This document shows, piece after piece, positions 37,698 through 46,833 of a stretch of 64,000 nucleotides of DNA. This DNA is from a virus. Its lineage: Duplodnaviria > Caudoviricetes. Location of the stretch: positions 96,001 through 160,000 of IMG/VR virus record IMGVR_UViG_3300037067_016568. One strand, written 5' to 3'. A model generated the notes under the pieces. The model was given only the letters and a program-made list of their open reading frames with translations. It made no database searches and had not been told where the DNA came from. Both the position numbers and the translations under genes were made by a program. Numbering within the stretch: the first letter of the stretch is position 1; the number at the start of each line of letters is the position of its first letter.

Positions 37698-39308
37698 TTA
37701 GAGATTGCTCACTGTTACGGTGCCATAGTACAGGCCACCATCTTCAATGAGCTTTTTCCCGTATCGCGTCATAATCCCCTTGGTGGGGGTATGGCTATTC
37801 GGGTCGAGCACGGTCGGCGTCGAGAGCAGTGGGATGTACGGAGCGTAGAAGTATCCAGCATCCAGAACGCTCGATCCCTTGAAGCCCAAGAGGATCTTGC
37901 AGTTCGGGAAGAGCGGGTCCTTGTACAACCGCAACTTACCCTGGATAGTACCGGCGTTCATGATGCCGATATCCACGCCCTCTTGAACGAACGCATCCGA
38001 GCTACGGAAGTCGTTCAACTGCTCGAACTTGGAGCTGATGTCTGCCGAAGTGACCATCCAGTTGGCAGGGCCACGAAGTGTGGTTCTGTGGATGATATTC
38101 GCGACTTCCAGCACCTTGTAGAGCAAGGCGATGTTTCGGTCGGTGAAGTTGACCGAAGCACCGGCGGCGGTGGCGAAGTTGTGAGAGGCACGAATGGCTG
38201 CCGCGATTATCAAGTCGTTGATAATTTCACGGTCAATTTCCGCTACCATCTCATCTGCCATGAGGTCTGTCAGGGTGCTCTCAGCATCGATGTTGTGCAC
38301 CGACTTGAGGTCCTGGGCGGCTTCCAGCGACCATGAGGTCTTGAGCTTACGAGTGATAGCTGCAACACTATCACTGTCAATGCTCAAAGTAACCTCAGGC
38401 TGGAATGGGTTGGCTTCGAGGTCGTACTCGTAGTTCACACGAGCAACGGCGTCGGCTGGCAACGGAATGCCACCGCCCATGGTGACCTGAACGGCACCAG
38501 TCGTGTGATCGAACACCGTGGCTCCGGGAGTCGTGGTGTCGACACTGATTGTGCCCATCGTGCCAGAGCAATCGCCAACAACCACGACGTCGGGGCTGCC
38601 AGACGAATCGAAGCTGACGCGAAGGCAAGGGACCGGATTGTCGCAGTTGGGGCCAGCAGCGGCGGCGTTGTCATAAACCTCAACCACGACCGTTCCGGCG
38701 AGAACAGGACGATGGGCGAGAGTCTGGGTGATGACCATGCCACCGGGCTGAATGGTCGCGTCTTCGCCGTGCACTTCTTGCGAAGAGTAGTACGGGTCCA
38801 ACGCCCAGCCGTTTTGCCGTGCATAGGCTTGGCTGGTGTTTTGACGCATGATTTGGGTACCAGCAATCGTCTGGCCCTTTGTCATGGCGTACTTGTAGCG
38901 GATGTAGAAGATGAGGCTGGCAGGTTGGCTCATCGGCTGCACGCCAACGAGATTGTCAGCAATCAGCTTCGGGAAGCTCTTGCGGAGCAAAGGCAGCGCG
39001 AACCGGGTGAAGTCGGCGATATTGCCGGTCGTGGTCTGATCTTCGAGGATCAGGCTACGGCCCTGTGGGTTCATGTGCTTGTATTGGTTCTCAAAAATGG
39101 CGCTCATAATGCCCATCTTTTTGGGCTGAATTTCGCGACATTTGTTGAGGACCGGAGCCCATCGCTGAACCATCGGGTTCCTGGCAGATTCGTATAAGAC
39201 CGATGCGCGATGTGGATCAGTCGCTTCGGTAATAGCCTGCCGATTACGTGCTTCGGTCAAATGGCGACCCTGAGGCGCACGCGCCTTATTTTGGCGAGTT
39301 GCCAACAT
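37698..39308 (-). CDS. gp23: Major capsid protein, T4 gp23-like
   Basis: LVGVQPMSQPASLIF, TRKLKTSWSLEAAQDLKSVHNIDAE, EIDREII, DAGYFYAPYIPL, PTKGIMTRYG. Confidence 0.97.
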   Translation of the reverse strand: MLATRQNKARAPQGRHLTEARNRQAITEATDPHRASVLYESARNPMVQRWAPVLNKCREIQPKKMGIMSAIFENQYKHMNPQGRSLILEDQTTTGNIADFTRFALPLLRKSFPKLIADNLVGVQPMSQPASLIFYIRYKYAMTKGQTIAGTQIMRQNTSQAYARQNGWALDPYYSSQEVHGEDATIQPGGMVITQTLAHRPVLAGTVVVEVYDNAAAAGPNCDNPVPCLRVSFDSSGSPDVVVVGDCSGTMGTISVDTTTPGATVFDHTTGAVQVTMGGGIPLPADAVARVNYEYDLEANPFQPEVTLSIDSDSVAAITRKLKTSWSLEAAQDLKSVHNIDAESTLTDLMADEMVAEIDREIINDLIIAAAIRASHNFATAAGASVNFTDRNIALLYKVLEVANIIHRTTLRGPANWMVTSADISSKFEQLNDFRSSDAFVQEGVDIGIMNAGTIQGKLRLYKDPLFPNCKILLGFKGSSVLDAGYFYAPYIPLLSTPTVLDPNSHTPTKGIMTRYGKKLIEDGGLYYGTVTVSNL

Positions 39309-39366
39309 GAGTATGTTCCTTCTGTTAAATGCGTGTTCACCCCGGACTACCCGGAGATCGAGTTGT

Positions 39367-40053
39367 TCAGACTACTTCGTCCATGACACCGGCAATCTCA
39401 GCAGGATTGCGAGGCGTATTCATGGTTCCAATTGATGCCTCACGTTTCGGTGCAGATGTCGGCTCAACATTCTCCTTAAGAGTCCGTTGGGTAGTCCGAC
39501 GAGGTGCAGCACTGCGGGAGCCATCAATTCGAGTGGTATTGCCGCTAGGCGCACCCCTACTTTCTGTGAGAGTCCGTTCTAAAGCACGATTGCGCTTCAG
39601 GACCCGCTCGGAAATTTGGATGCAACGCTTCGCCTTAGATACCGCTCTATCTCGCTCTTCTACGAGACGCTCTGCGAGCCTTCTGAACTTGTCGATTTCG
39701 GTCTTAAGTTCGCTATTGGACTGGCCATTAAGCTCGATGCCCTCTAAGAGAGCATAAATTTTTTCGAGCTTGGCAACAGCCTCAGTTTCCTTATTGGCCG
39801 ACTGTCGCATTATGAGCTCTTCGATAGTAGAGTTCTTAGCTTCCAAGAAGATCTGGAGTCGCCGAGCAAGCTCAGCCTTGTGAGCTTCCACTTCCTCGAA
39901 GCACACCTTCTTTGCTTTGGCAAGGCGTGCCTGGAATTCGTTATCCGACTGCTCTTTCAGCATGTTTGCGTGATTGTCAATGGCCTCGCATAATTCGGCG
40001 GAGACCTCTGCTGACAAACCACATTTTTGCAAAAGCTGCTTAATCTTATCCAT
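39367..40053 (-). CDS. Prohead core scaffold, gp22-like
   Basis: Coiled-coil protein immediately upstream of the capsid gene. Confidence 0.7.
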   Translation of the reverse strand: MDKIKQLLQKCGLSAEVSAELCEAIDNHANMLKEQSDNEFQARLAKAKKVCFEEVEAHKAELARRLQIFLEAKNSTIEELIMRQSANKETEAVAKLEKIYALLEGIELNGQSNSELKTEIDKFRRLAERLVEERDRAVSKAKRCIQISERVLKRNRALERTLTESRGAPSGNTTRIDGSRSAAPRRTTQRTLKENVEPTSAPKREASIGTMNTPRNPAEIAGVMDEVV

Positions 40054-40155
40054 TAGTGTCCACTCCTATGTCACATGGGAACTAATCGTTCTGCTAGTAT
40101 TTTTGCCCAGTATAACTAATTTTATCATTCTGAAAGCCGTTTTTAGAAATGGCTC

Positions 40156-40542
40156 TTATTCGTCTTCAATATTTTCATGGCATATTTCACCAATCAAAAG
40201 CCAATGGGTAGTTCCTTTACACATAACGCACATACCAGATGGTTCTGGTGGCTCTTTATCGCCCTGCACAATCCGCCCGCCATTTTCAAAGCCACATTCT
40301 GAATTATCACACGCTCGTGTCCAAACATTGCCCTCAGTGAAATGGACATCTATCTCTCCGCTACCATGGCACTTAGTACAATTATTATTTATATCGCCAC
40401 AGCAGATCGGGCACATAGCTTTCATATAATTATTTACGTTTCCGCTTCTTCTTACCCCATCTAATAAATTTCTCTCTATCAGATGGATGCAATAAGAACG
40501 ACATCCTCTTAGATGGATCTGCCTTAACCCAATGACCTTCAC
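40156..40542 (-). CDS. Cys-rich Zn-finger protein (start probably ~40425)
   Basis: CPIC, CTKCHGSG, CVMCKG. Confidence 0.55.
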   Translation of the reverse strand: MKVIGLRQIHLRGCRSYCIHLIERNLLDGVRRSGNVNNYMKAMCPICCGDINNNCTKCHGSGEIDVHFTEGNVWTRACDNSECGFENGGRIVQGDKEPPEPSGMCVMCKGTTHWLLIGEICHENIEDE

Positions 40543-40600
40543 TAAGCATCTTTAATCGCATGTTATAATTTTGTAGAAAAATAGTGAGGAGGACAGAGAC

Positions 40601-40822
40601 ATGGCAGAGCAATGCATACATCTCACAGAGTTGTTACAATGTGAAATAGAAATAATGGAGCGGCATCTTGCGCGTCACAAGTGGTTCAACTCTATCCCAA
40701 ATGAGTCAGAAGGGATAGCAGATTTTGTAGAAAAATATGGCTGGCTGATGAGAGAATTATATTGTGGCTATGCGTGTCCAGACAGAGATAAATGTGATTT
40801 ACCTATTAAAATAAATCAATAA
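40601..40822 (+). CDS. Hypothetical protein
   Basis: GAGGAGG RBS. Confidence 0.6.
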   Translation: MAEQCIHLTELLQCEIEIMERHLARHKWFNSIPNESEGIADFVEKYGWLMRELYCGYACPDRDKCDLPIKINQ

Positions 40823-41223
40823 GAAGGTGGTGGTGTATATTGGCTATAGCTGCCGCTGCCACTACCAAAAGAAATATTCGAATTTGATATCATTCGCATA
40901 GCTGCCATAATAATGCTTGATGCAGTGACACCAGACCCAGCGCCAGCCATAAAAGGACCTGTAGAAGTATCACTCGTAAGATAACCATATACCACAAGGC
41001 ATACTCCTACGGCAAGCATAGCAATACCAATAACCATAGTTCTGCTTTTATACCAAGCCTTGCTGCCACGCATATCTTTAACGCCAGCAGCAAATCCCTT
41101 TGCCCACTCCTTGCGCTGCTTCGGATCTGCAAAGGTACACTGCCTATGAAGCTCGACAGCTTGCCAACCTTCCCAATATTCGACCGATCTGCTAGGACTG
41201 GCTGCACTAAATAAAGAAAACAT
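40816..41223 (-). CDS. Two-TM membrane protein, possible holin
   Basis: KAWYKSRT followed by two hydrophobic segments. Confidence 0.5.
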   Translation of the reverse strand: MFSLFSAASPSRSVEYWEGWQAVELHRQCTFADPKQRKEWAKGFAAGVKDMRGSKAWYKSRTMVIGIAMLAVGVCLVVYGYLTSDTSTGPFMAGAGSGVTASSIIMAAMRMISNSNISFGSGSGSYSQYTPPPSY

Positions 41224-41236
41224 CGCAGGTGGCTCC

Positions 41237-41647
41237 CTAGAACCGCCTTCCCCTGCGAATGATTATTCTCTTAGTCCTTGATGTGCCAGATTGGGCAGGA
41301 GCTGGGTTCTGCTCTATATTTTGTTCGGGAGGTGCCTCATAGACAGGCAGATCTGGCACAGACTCCCATGGCACAGGTTTATATTGTTTAGATGATTCAG
41401 GTGGCTTTTCAGATGCTGCCTCAGACTTGCATTCTGGTTCTGGAACTGGAGGCGCTGGTTGCCCTATTTCTTCACCTTTAGGCCGTGGTCTCGGTCGTTT
41501 TGGTTCTGGTTTTGGTTTTGGCTCTACCTTTTGAGATGGAATGATTGGCCCAGGTGTGTCTGGTAGAGAACGTTTACCGAACATAATCAAGACAACACCA
41601 ATGAAGATTGCAGCGATCGCAACGATCGGTATAATTTTATCCTTCAT
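41237..41647 (-). CDS. Membrane-anchored Pro-rich protein
   Basis: N-terminal TM; PKPKPEPKRPRPRP. Confidence 0.6.
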   Translation of the reverse strand: MKDKIIPIVAIAAIFIGVVLIMFGKRSLPDTPGPIIPSQKVEPKPKPEPKRPRPRPKGEEIGQPAPPVPEPECKSEAASEKPPESSKQYKPVPWESVPDLPVYEAPPEQNIEQNPAPAQSGTSRTKRIIIRRGRRF

Positions 41648-41909
41648 TTGGCTGCTCCTTATGTTGAACTAGTTTGATCTCACGCTCTTCGCGCAAAGGA
41701 TATTTGTCTGGAAACCATTCGGTTGCTCCACAACCCTTCTTAGAAAACTCATGGCCGAAAAATACACATTTATGTTGATGTTCATAGCGATTACCAACTA
41801 ATCGTACAGACCCATCGCCAATCATATAACCTGCACCACAATGGCATAACACTTTATGGTAAACCGTCTGAATTTCAAACGACCTTATTCTACCATTTGC
41901 ATCTTGCAT
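41637..41909 (-). CDS. Hypothetical protein
   Basis: 90-aa coupled ORF. Confidence 0.55.
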   Translation of the reverse strand: MQDANGRIRSFEIQTVYHKVLCHCGAGYMIGDGSVRLVGNRYEHQHKCVFFGHEFSKKGCGATEWFPDKYPLREEREIKLVQHKEQPNEG

Positions 41910-41911
41910 AA

Positions 41912-42586
41912 TCAGATCCTGTAGACGTTTGGAATTTGCAACTTTTTCAATGTTTCAAATTGATTGCGCCAAAAAGCACTACCGTCATCTCTTTTCCACT
42001 TATCTAATGGCTGCTGCCACTGTGGATAGTCTTGCAAATAACCTACTTTTCTAGCAGTGTTTCCAGATACAATTTGCACTCCGCCTATAGCACGTTTCAA
42101 TGGTGTCTCAATGAAATCTTCAGGATTTATGTCTAATATGTCTGGTATGATTTCATCTCCATCTCTGGTTACTCTGATTATTTTCCTCCAGCTTTTTAAG
42201 TCTTTACAGTATAGCGTCATAGCGGGCCAGTACACAGCGTCATCATCAAGCTGCAAGCTGGTAATAGTATCTAAGCAATCAGGACCAAATACATAATCAC
42301 AATCAGCGAACCAAACGACATCTGCTTTAGATTGCCTTGCCGCAATATTACGCCATATTGGCCTTTGATGTATTGACCTTAATTGTGCTTCCACAAAATT
42401 CCACGTTACCCAATGACGAATGTGCTGATTGAAATAGTCTAAAACTGTAACTGTAGCTGGATCTTCTTTGCTATAGACGACAGTCATAGTGACTGGCGTG
42501 CTTTCACGTAAAACAAGAGAACTAAGATGATATACTAATAACGCTGCATAACGAGGAGCAAAACAATGGCTGATAATCTCTATCAC
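41912..42586 (-). CDS. GT-A fold glycosyltransferase
   Basis: WRNIAA...VVWFADCDYVF (DxD); follows gmd-fcl. Confidence 0.7.
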   Translation of the reverse strand: MIEIISHCFAPRYAALLVYHLSSLVLRESTPVTMTVVYSKEDPATVTVLDYFNQHIRHWVTWNFVEAQLRSIHQRPIWRNIAARQSKADVVWFADCDYVFGPDCLDTITSLQLDDDAVYWPAMTLYCKDLKSWRKIIRVTRDGDEIIPDILDINPEDFIETPLKRAIGGVQIVSGNTARKVGYLQDYPQWQQPLDKWKRDDGSAFWRNQFETLKKLQIPNVYRI

Positions 42587-43533
42587 TTGTGATCATTCCA
42601 CCACTTTACAGTACGTTCTAGTCCATCGTCAAACGACGTTTCAGCATTAAAGCCAAACCCTCTTAGTGCCCGCCCAATATCTAAACTCCGGCGAGGTTGG
42701 CCATCTGGCTTTGATAAATCGTGATATATATTACCATTAAATCCAACAATTTTTGCTATCTTACTAGCTAAATCATGGATAGTGATTTCGAACCCAGCAC
42801 CGACATTAACAGGCTCTGGGCTATTGTAATCTCTAGTAGCCATTACAATAGCCCTAGCACAGTCTTCTACATAAAGAAACTCTCGGCTGGCATTACCTGT
42901 TCCCCATATGACAACGCGATCTTCGCCTTTGTCTTTTGCCTCCTGGAACTTTCGAATGAGTGCGGGTATTACATGAGAACTGTTTGGATTGAAATTGTCG
43001 CCTGGGCCGTACAGATTGACTGGTAGAAGATAAATGCCATTCATACCATATTGTTGACGATAAGCCTGCAACATTACAAGCAATGCTTTTTTGGCAATCC
43101 CATACGGTGCATTTGTTTCTTCTGGGTAGCCGTTCCATAGATCTTCCTCACGAAATGGCACATTAGTATGCTTTGGGTATCCACATATCGTTCCGACTTG
43201 GACAAACTTTTTAATCTTGTGGCGACGTGCGTGCTCGATCAAATGCACGCCCATAATGATATTATTATAGAAAAACTTACCGGGATTTTCACGATTCGCA
43301 CCAATACCGCCAACAACTGCTGCCAGATGCACCACAACATTCGGTTCTAGTGTACGATACATCCTCTCTACGTTATTCTCACATACTAGATTGTATTCTT
43401 CTCTCGATGGAGTCAACAAGTTTCCGTCAGGAACACCAATAAAACGAAATATTGCTTGTACATTCTTGCCAAGAAATCCAGAAGAACCTGTTATTAGAAT
43501 ACGGTCTTTTGCTAAATCAATCATGAGAATCAC
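42583..43533 (-). CDS. fcl: GDP-L-fucose synthase
   Basis: [62 protein letters not shown]. Confidence 0.96.
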   Translation of the reverse strand: MILMIDLAKDRILITGSSGFLGKNVQAIFRFIGVPDGNLLTPSREEYNLVCENNVERMYRTLEPNVVVHLAAVVGGIGANRENPGKFFYNNIIMGVHLIEHARRHKIKKFVQVGTICGYPKHTNVPFREEDLWNGYPEETNAPYGIAKKALLVMLQAYRQQYGMNGIYLLPVNLYGPGDNFNPNSSHVIPALIRKFQEAKDKGEDRVVIWGTGNASREFLYVEDCARAIVMATRDYNSPEPVNVGAGFEITIHDLASKIAKIVGFNGNIYHDLSKPDGQPRRSLDIGRALRGFGFNAETSFDDGLERTVKWWNDHK

Positions 43534-44524
43534 GCAGTATTTTCTCAGATCGAGCTAGCCTCATATCATGCTCAACCATCATTTTTACTAACTGTTTAAA
43601 CGATACTTTAGGCTCCCATCCGAGCATTGATTTGGCTTTAGAAGGGCTTCCTAATAACAAATCGACTTCTGTAGGCCGAAAGTACCGTTCATCAATTTCG
43701 ACATATCTCTCCCATTCTAAATCAAGCAAAGCAAATGCTTCTTCGACAAACTCGCGAACTGAATGTGTTTCACCTGAAGCGATTACATAATCGCCAGGTT
43801 TATCATGTTGCAGCATCAACCACATGACTTCAACATAGTCACCCGCATATCCCCAGTCACGTTTTGCATCTAGATTACCAAGAAATAGTTTATCCTGTAA
43901 TCCGAGTTTGATGCGAGTAGCAGCTCGTGTTATCTTTCTTGATACAAATGTTTCTCCGCGTTGCGGACCCTCATGGTTAAAAAGAATGCCATTACAGGCA
44001 AACATGCCATACGCTTCTCGATAATTGACTGTTTGCCAATAAGCATATACCTTTGCACAGCCATAAGGACTACGAGGATAAAAAGGCGTCAATTCAGTTT
44101 GCGGTGTTTCAACGACCTTGCCATACATCTCGCTACTAGAAGCTTGATAATATCTAATACCATCTATATTTCTCACCGCTTCCAATAGCTGCAATGTACC
44201 AATGGCGATTGATTGAACTGTATAAATTGGTATATCAAAGCTAACGCGAACATGACTCTGAGCAGCAAGGTTGTAAACTTCGTCTGGTTTAATCTGCTCA
44301 ATCAAATTCTTTAGGCCAATACCATCTGTCATATCACCATAATAGAGACATAAACGAGCATCCGGAGTATGTGGATCTTGATATAATGAATCAATACGCC
44401 CAGTATTAAAACTGCTGGAACGACGTATCAGCCCGTGGACTTTATATCCTTTAGATAAAAGAAGCTCGCAAAGATGAGCGCCGTCTTGTCCGGTTATACC
44501 GGTAATGAAAGCTTTCCTTGGCAT
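43517..44524 (-). CDS. gmd: GDP-mannose 4,6-dehydratase
   Basis: [60 protein letters not shown]; GAGG RBS before MPRK. Confidence 0.97.
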   Translation of the reverse strand: MPRKAFITGITGQDGAHLCELLLSKGYKVHGLIRRSSSFNTGRIDSLYQDPHTPDARLCLYYGDMTDGIGLKNLIEQIKPDEVYNLAAQSHVRVSFDIPIYTVQSIAIGTLQLLEAVRNIDGIRYYQASSSEMYGKVVETPQTELTPFYPRSPYGCAKVYAYWQTVNYREAYGMFACNGILFNHEGPQRGETFVSRKITRAATRIKLGLQDKLFLGNLDAKRDWGYAGDYVEVMWLMLQHDKPGDYVIASGETHSVREFVEEAFALLDLEWERYVEIDERYFRPTEVDLLLGSPSKAKSMLGWEPKVSFKQLVKMMVEHDMRLARSEKILRDSHD

Positions 44525-44532
44525 AGACGACC

Positions 44533-45300
44533 TCAGTTTTGGCCCAATGTCATGCCTCGAAGTACAAATGACCCCATTGATGGTACGGCTCTTGAACCAG
44601 AAATCCAAGCATCATTACCAGGACCATGCGAATTAGGTGTATGAACCTCAATCCGGCCATTACGCACACGAAGCATATCAAGAAATACAGCGTGTCGCCA
44701 CCAATTATAACCAACGTAACAACCCCATCCCTGCAAGAGGGCAGTAACGGTCTCAGCCCAAACATCTTTACCGCCAAGGTCCCACCATTCCAGCGGCATA
44801 TAGTTCAGCCGCTCTTCCTTATAAGATGGATTCCATTGAGACAGCGTAATTTTATGTTGCGGAACCGTTGCCCTGCTTGCAATGCCGTTCGCTGATGCAT
44901 ACTCTATTGCACGATCTAAATAATATCCAGCATTTCTATAGCCGGTAAGCTCTGCAAGAGATTCAGGAGACAATTGGACAAAAGGTTGTACCATAGCATG
45001 ACGAACAGCCATGCAAGACTGGGCTAAACTATAAGCCCAACAAAAGCCAAGGCCGTTCTGATAATCGGCTCTAGGATCACTTTGCCACCGCTGGCCAATA
45101 AATGCACCAGCAGCAGTCATTTGTTGGATTCTATCATTCCATTCGCTTTCTGGAATTAATGGTATATGTTCGGAAAAAACAGGAGCACATACCAAGTCGC
45201 CGATTTGTGTTTGCCGTGGTAAAGCACCAGCCAAGAAACCGGCTGACTCGCTTTCGCGTACTACATCAACAAAATTGTCGTCGGTGATATAGAGGCTCAT
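44533..45300 (-). CDS. Papain-like (C1-type) cysteine protease
   Basis: [22 protein letters not shown] (Q-C-H-N). Confidence 0.85.
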   Translation of the reverse strand: MSLYITDDNFVDVVRESESAGFLAGALPRQTQIGDLVCAPVFSEHIPLIPESEWNDRIQQMTAAGAFIGQRWQSDPRADYQNGLGFCWAYSLAQSCMAVRHAMVQPFVQLSPESLAELTGYRNAGYYLDRAIEYASANGIASRATVPQHKITLSQWNPSYKEERLNYMPLEWWDLGGKDVWAETVTALLQGWGCYVGYNWWRHAVFLDMLRVRNGRIEVHTPNSHGPGNDAWISGSRAVPSMGSFVLRGMTLGQN

Positions 45301-45680
45301 TGTTTACCTGCTGCTTTCTTCAAAGCGTCAATAGTAGACGGGCACGATTGGACAGTAATATCGCCGTTTGTCCATTTCAAAGCTAGCGCCGGTAGCTCCA
45401 TTTCTCCAACAGCATTAAGATATGGCTGTGCTTCTGGAGAAGGACTCTTGCCTTTTCCCAAGACGTCCTTATCCCAAACCGGAATGCCAAGCTTCTCAGC
45501 ACCAACAAACAATTCAATCCATTGCTGAGAAAGTGGTACATCTGTTCGCGTCTCACGAATAATAACTGCTCTCTCAATATTGCCATAAGATCCTAACGGC
45601 ACCAACTCTGGTTTCACAACCATTGTTATGCCAGCAGCTAACAATATTATAGCAATAATCGGTAGTGCTGCTTTCTTCAT
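45297..45680 (-). CDS. Membrane-anchored hypothetical protein
   Basis: N-terminal TM; coupled to the protease. Confidence 0.6.
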   Translation of the reverse strand: MKKAALPIIAIILLAAGITMVVKPELVPLGSYGNIERAVIIRETRTDVPLSQQWIELFVGAEKLGIPVWDKDVLGKGKSPSPEAQPYLNAVGEMELPALALKWTNGDITVQSCPSTIDALKKAAGKQ

Positions 45681-46048
45681 GATACGTTGACCTCCACAAC
45701 AGTACCGTCAGTTGTTGCAACTTTAGCGGTCTTCGCCTCAGCTACAGTTTTGTCATCGCCTGACGCAGCCTGAGCAGCTTTCCATGATGTTATTGCGCCC
45801 TGCCATAACACATCGGCCAGTACTTCACAAGCCTTTGTCGCATCAGGCGATGACTTCACCACGTCGATTCTACTCAGCAATTCAATGTATCCCAGGTCGG
45901 TCTTCAGCTGCGCTGTATCAAGCGCGGCAGTAACAGCTGTCCCTGCTGTTTGCCCAATCGAAGAATCCTTGAACCATGTCTTCCAAATCCAATAGAAGAG
46001 CATGAGTGCAGCACCCGCGATTACAATTCCGCCAATTGTTTGAACCAT
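45677..46048 (-). CDS. Membrane-anchored hypothetical protein
   Basis: N-terminal TM. Confidence 0.6.
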   Translation of the reverse strand: MVQTIGGIVIAGAALMLFYWIWKTWFKDSSIGQTAGTAVTAALDTAQLKTDLGYIELLSRIDVVKSSPDATKACEVLADVLWQGAITSWKAAQAASGDDKTVAEAKTAKVATTDGTVVEVNVS

Positions 46049-46103
46049 AATATCGCCCTTTACAATCAAAGTGCAACTGGAAGGCAACGAAACTACAGAT
46101 TAT

Positions 46104-46733
46104 TTACATCTTCTTCCAAATTCCAAGGTTGTTTTTCTTTGCTTCGTCTTCGTACTTCTTCCAATCTTCTGGAGCGTCCGGCAATAATTTGGCCATCCCA
46201 AGGCGCACTTGCTCCGTATTCAGGCATTGCCCGTTCATGTTATAGACAATTTCTACCATCATCTTACTTTCTAATGGTTCAGAAATGCCTTCTAAAACAT
46301 CGCCGCCTTTTGGGGTACCTTTGAGAGCATCCTCAGCATCATCAGGGGTCGATCTGAACAGGCCATGCTTTTGGATTCTTACTGTCGATCCGGCAAGTTT
46401 TTCAAGTGAAACACGACTAGACTCGGCCCATATGTCTGAAGGAGCAGCAATATGGGCTAATGTTACAGTTTTAATTCGTTTGCCACGACGACCATCCCTA
46501 TACTTAAAAGTTGCACCAGTATCGACACTAGATACTTGCAACTCATCCCATTTCTCTTGTCTTGGAGGACGTGTTCTACTGCAACAAAAATCACGACATG
46601 AGCCGCCGTAAAACACCCAACCACCAAATAGAAATATCGCAAGTGCTGCCCAAACCTGCCATGGGATTGCAGCAATAATCTTAGCGATGACTGAACAAAT
46701 AGAACTCAGAATCGCCATTATTCCTGCGAGCAT
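46104..46733 (-). CDS. Membrane-anchored thermonuclease (SNase-like), active site divergent
   Basis: SVDTGATF, VTLAHIAAP, LNTEQVRLGMA, EDEAKKNNLGIW. Confidence 0.75.
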   Translation of the reverse strand: MLAGIMAILSSICSVIAKIIAAIPWQVWAALAIFLFGGWVFYGGSCRDFCCSRTRPPRQEKWDELQVSSVDTGATFKYRDGRRGKRIKTVTLAHIAAPSDIWAESSRVSLEKLAGSTVRIQKHGLFRSTPDDAEDALKGTPKGGDVLEGISEPLESKMMVEIVYNMNGQCLNTEQVRLGMAKLLPDAPEDWKKYEDEAKKNNLGIWKKM

Positions 46734-46782
46734 ATAGCACCTTCAAATTAAAAGCATCTATTTCACAATATCTTTGATAGCA

Positions 46783-46829
46783 TATACACCAACGCCACGG
46801 CGAGAATGCAGCCGTGGCGTTGGTGTATA
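46783..46829. terminator. 19-bp perfect stem hairpin after the 1005-aa gene
   Basis: TATACACCAACGCCACGGC-9 nt-GCCGTGGCGTTGGTGTATA. Confidence 0.8.
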
Positions 46830-46833
46830 GCGA

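Noticed and set aside
37605-39757. Long plus-strand ORFs (243, 230, 142 aa)
   Set aside because: Antisense shadows of the codon-biased capsid and scaffold genes
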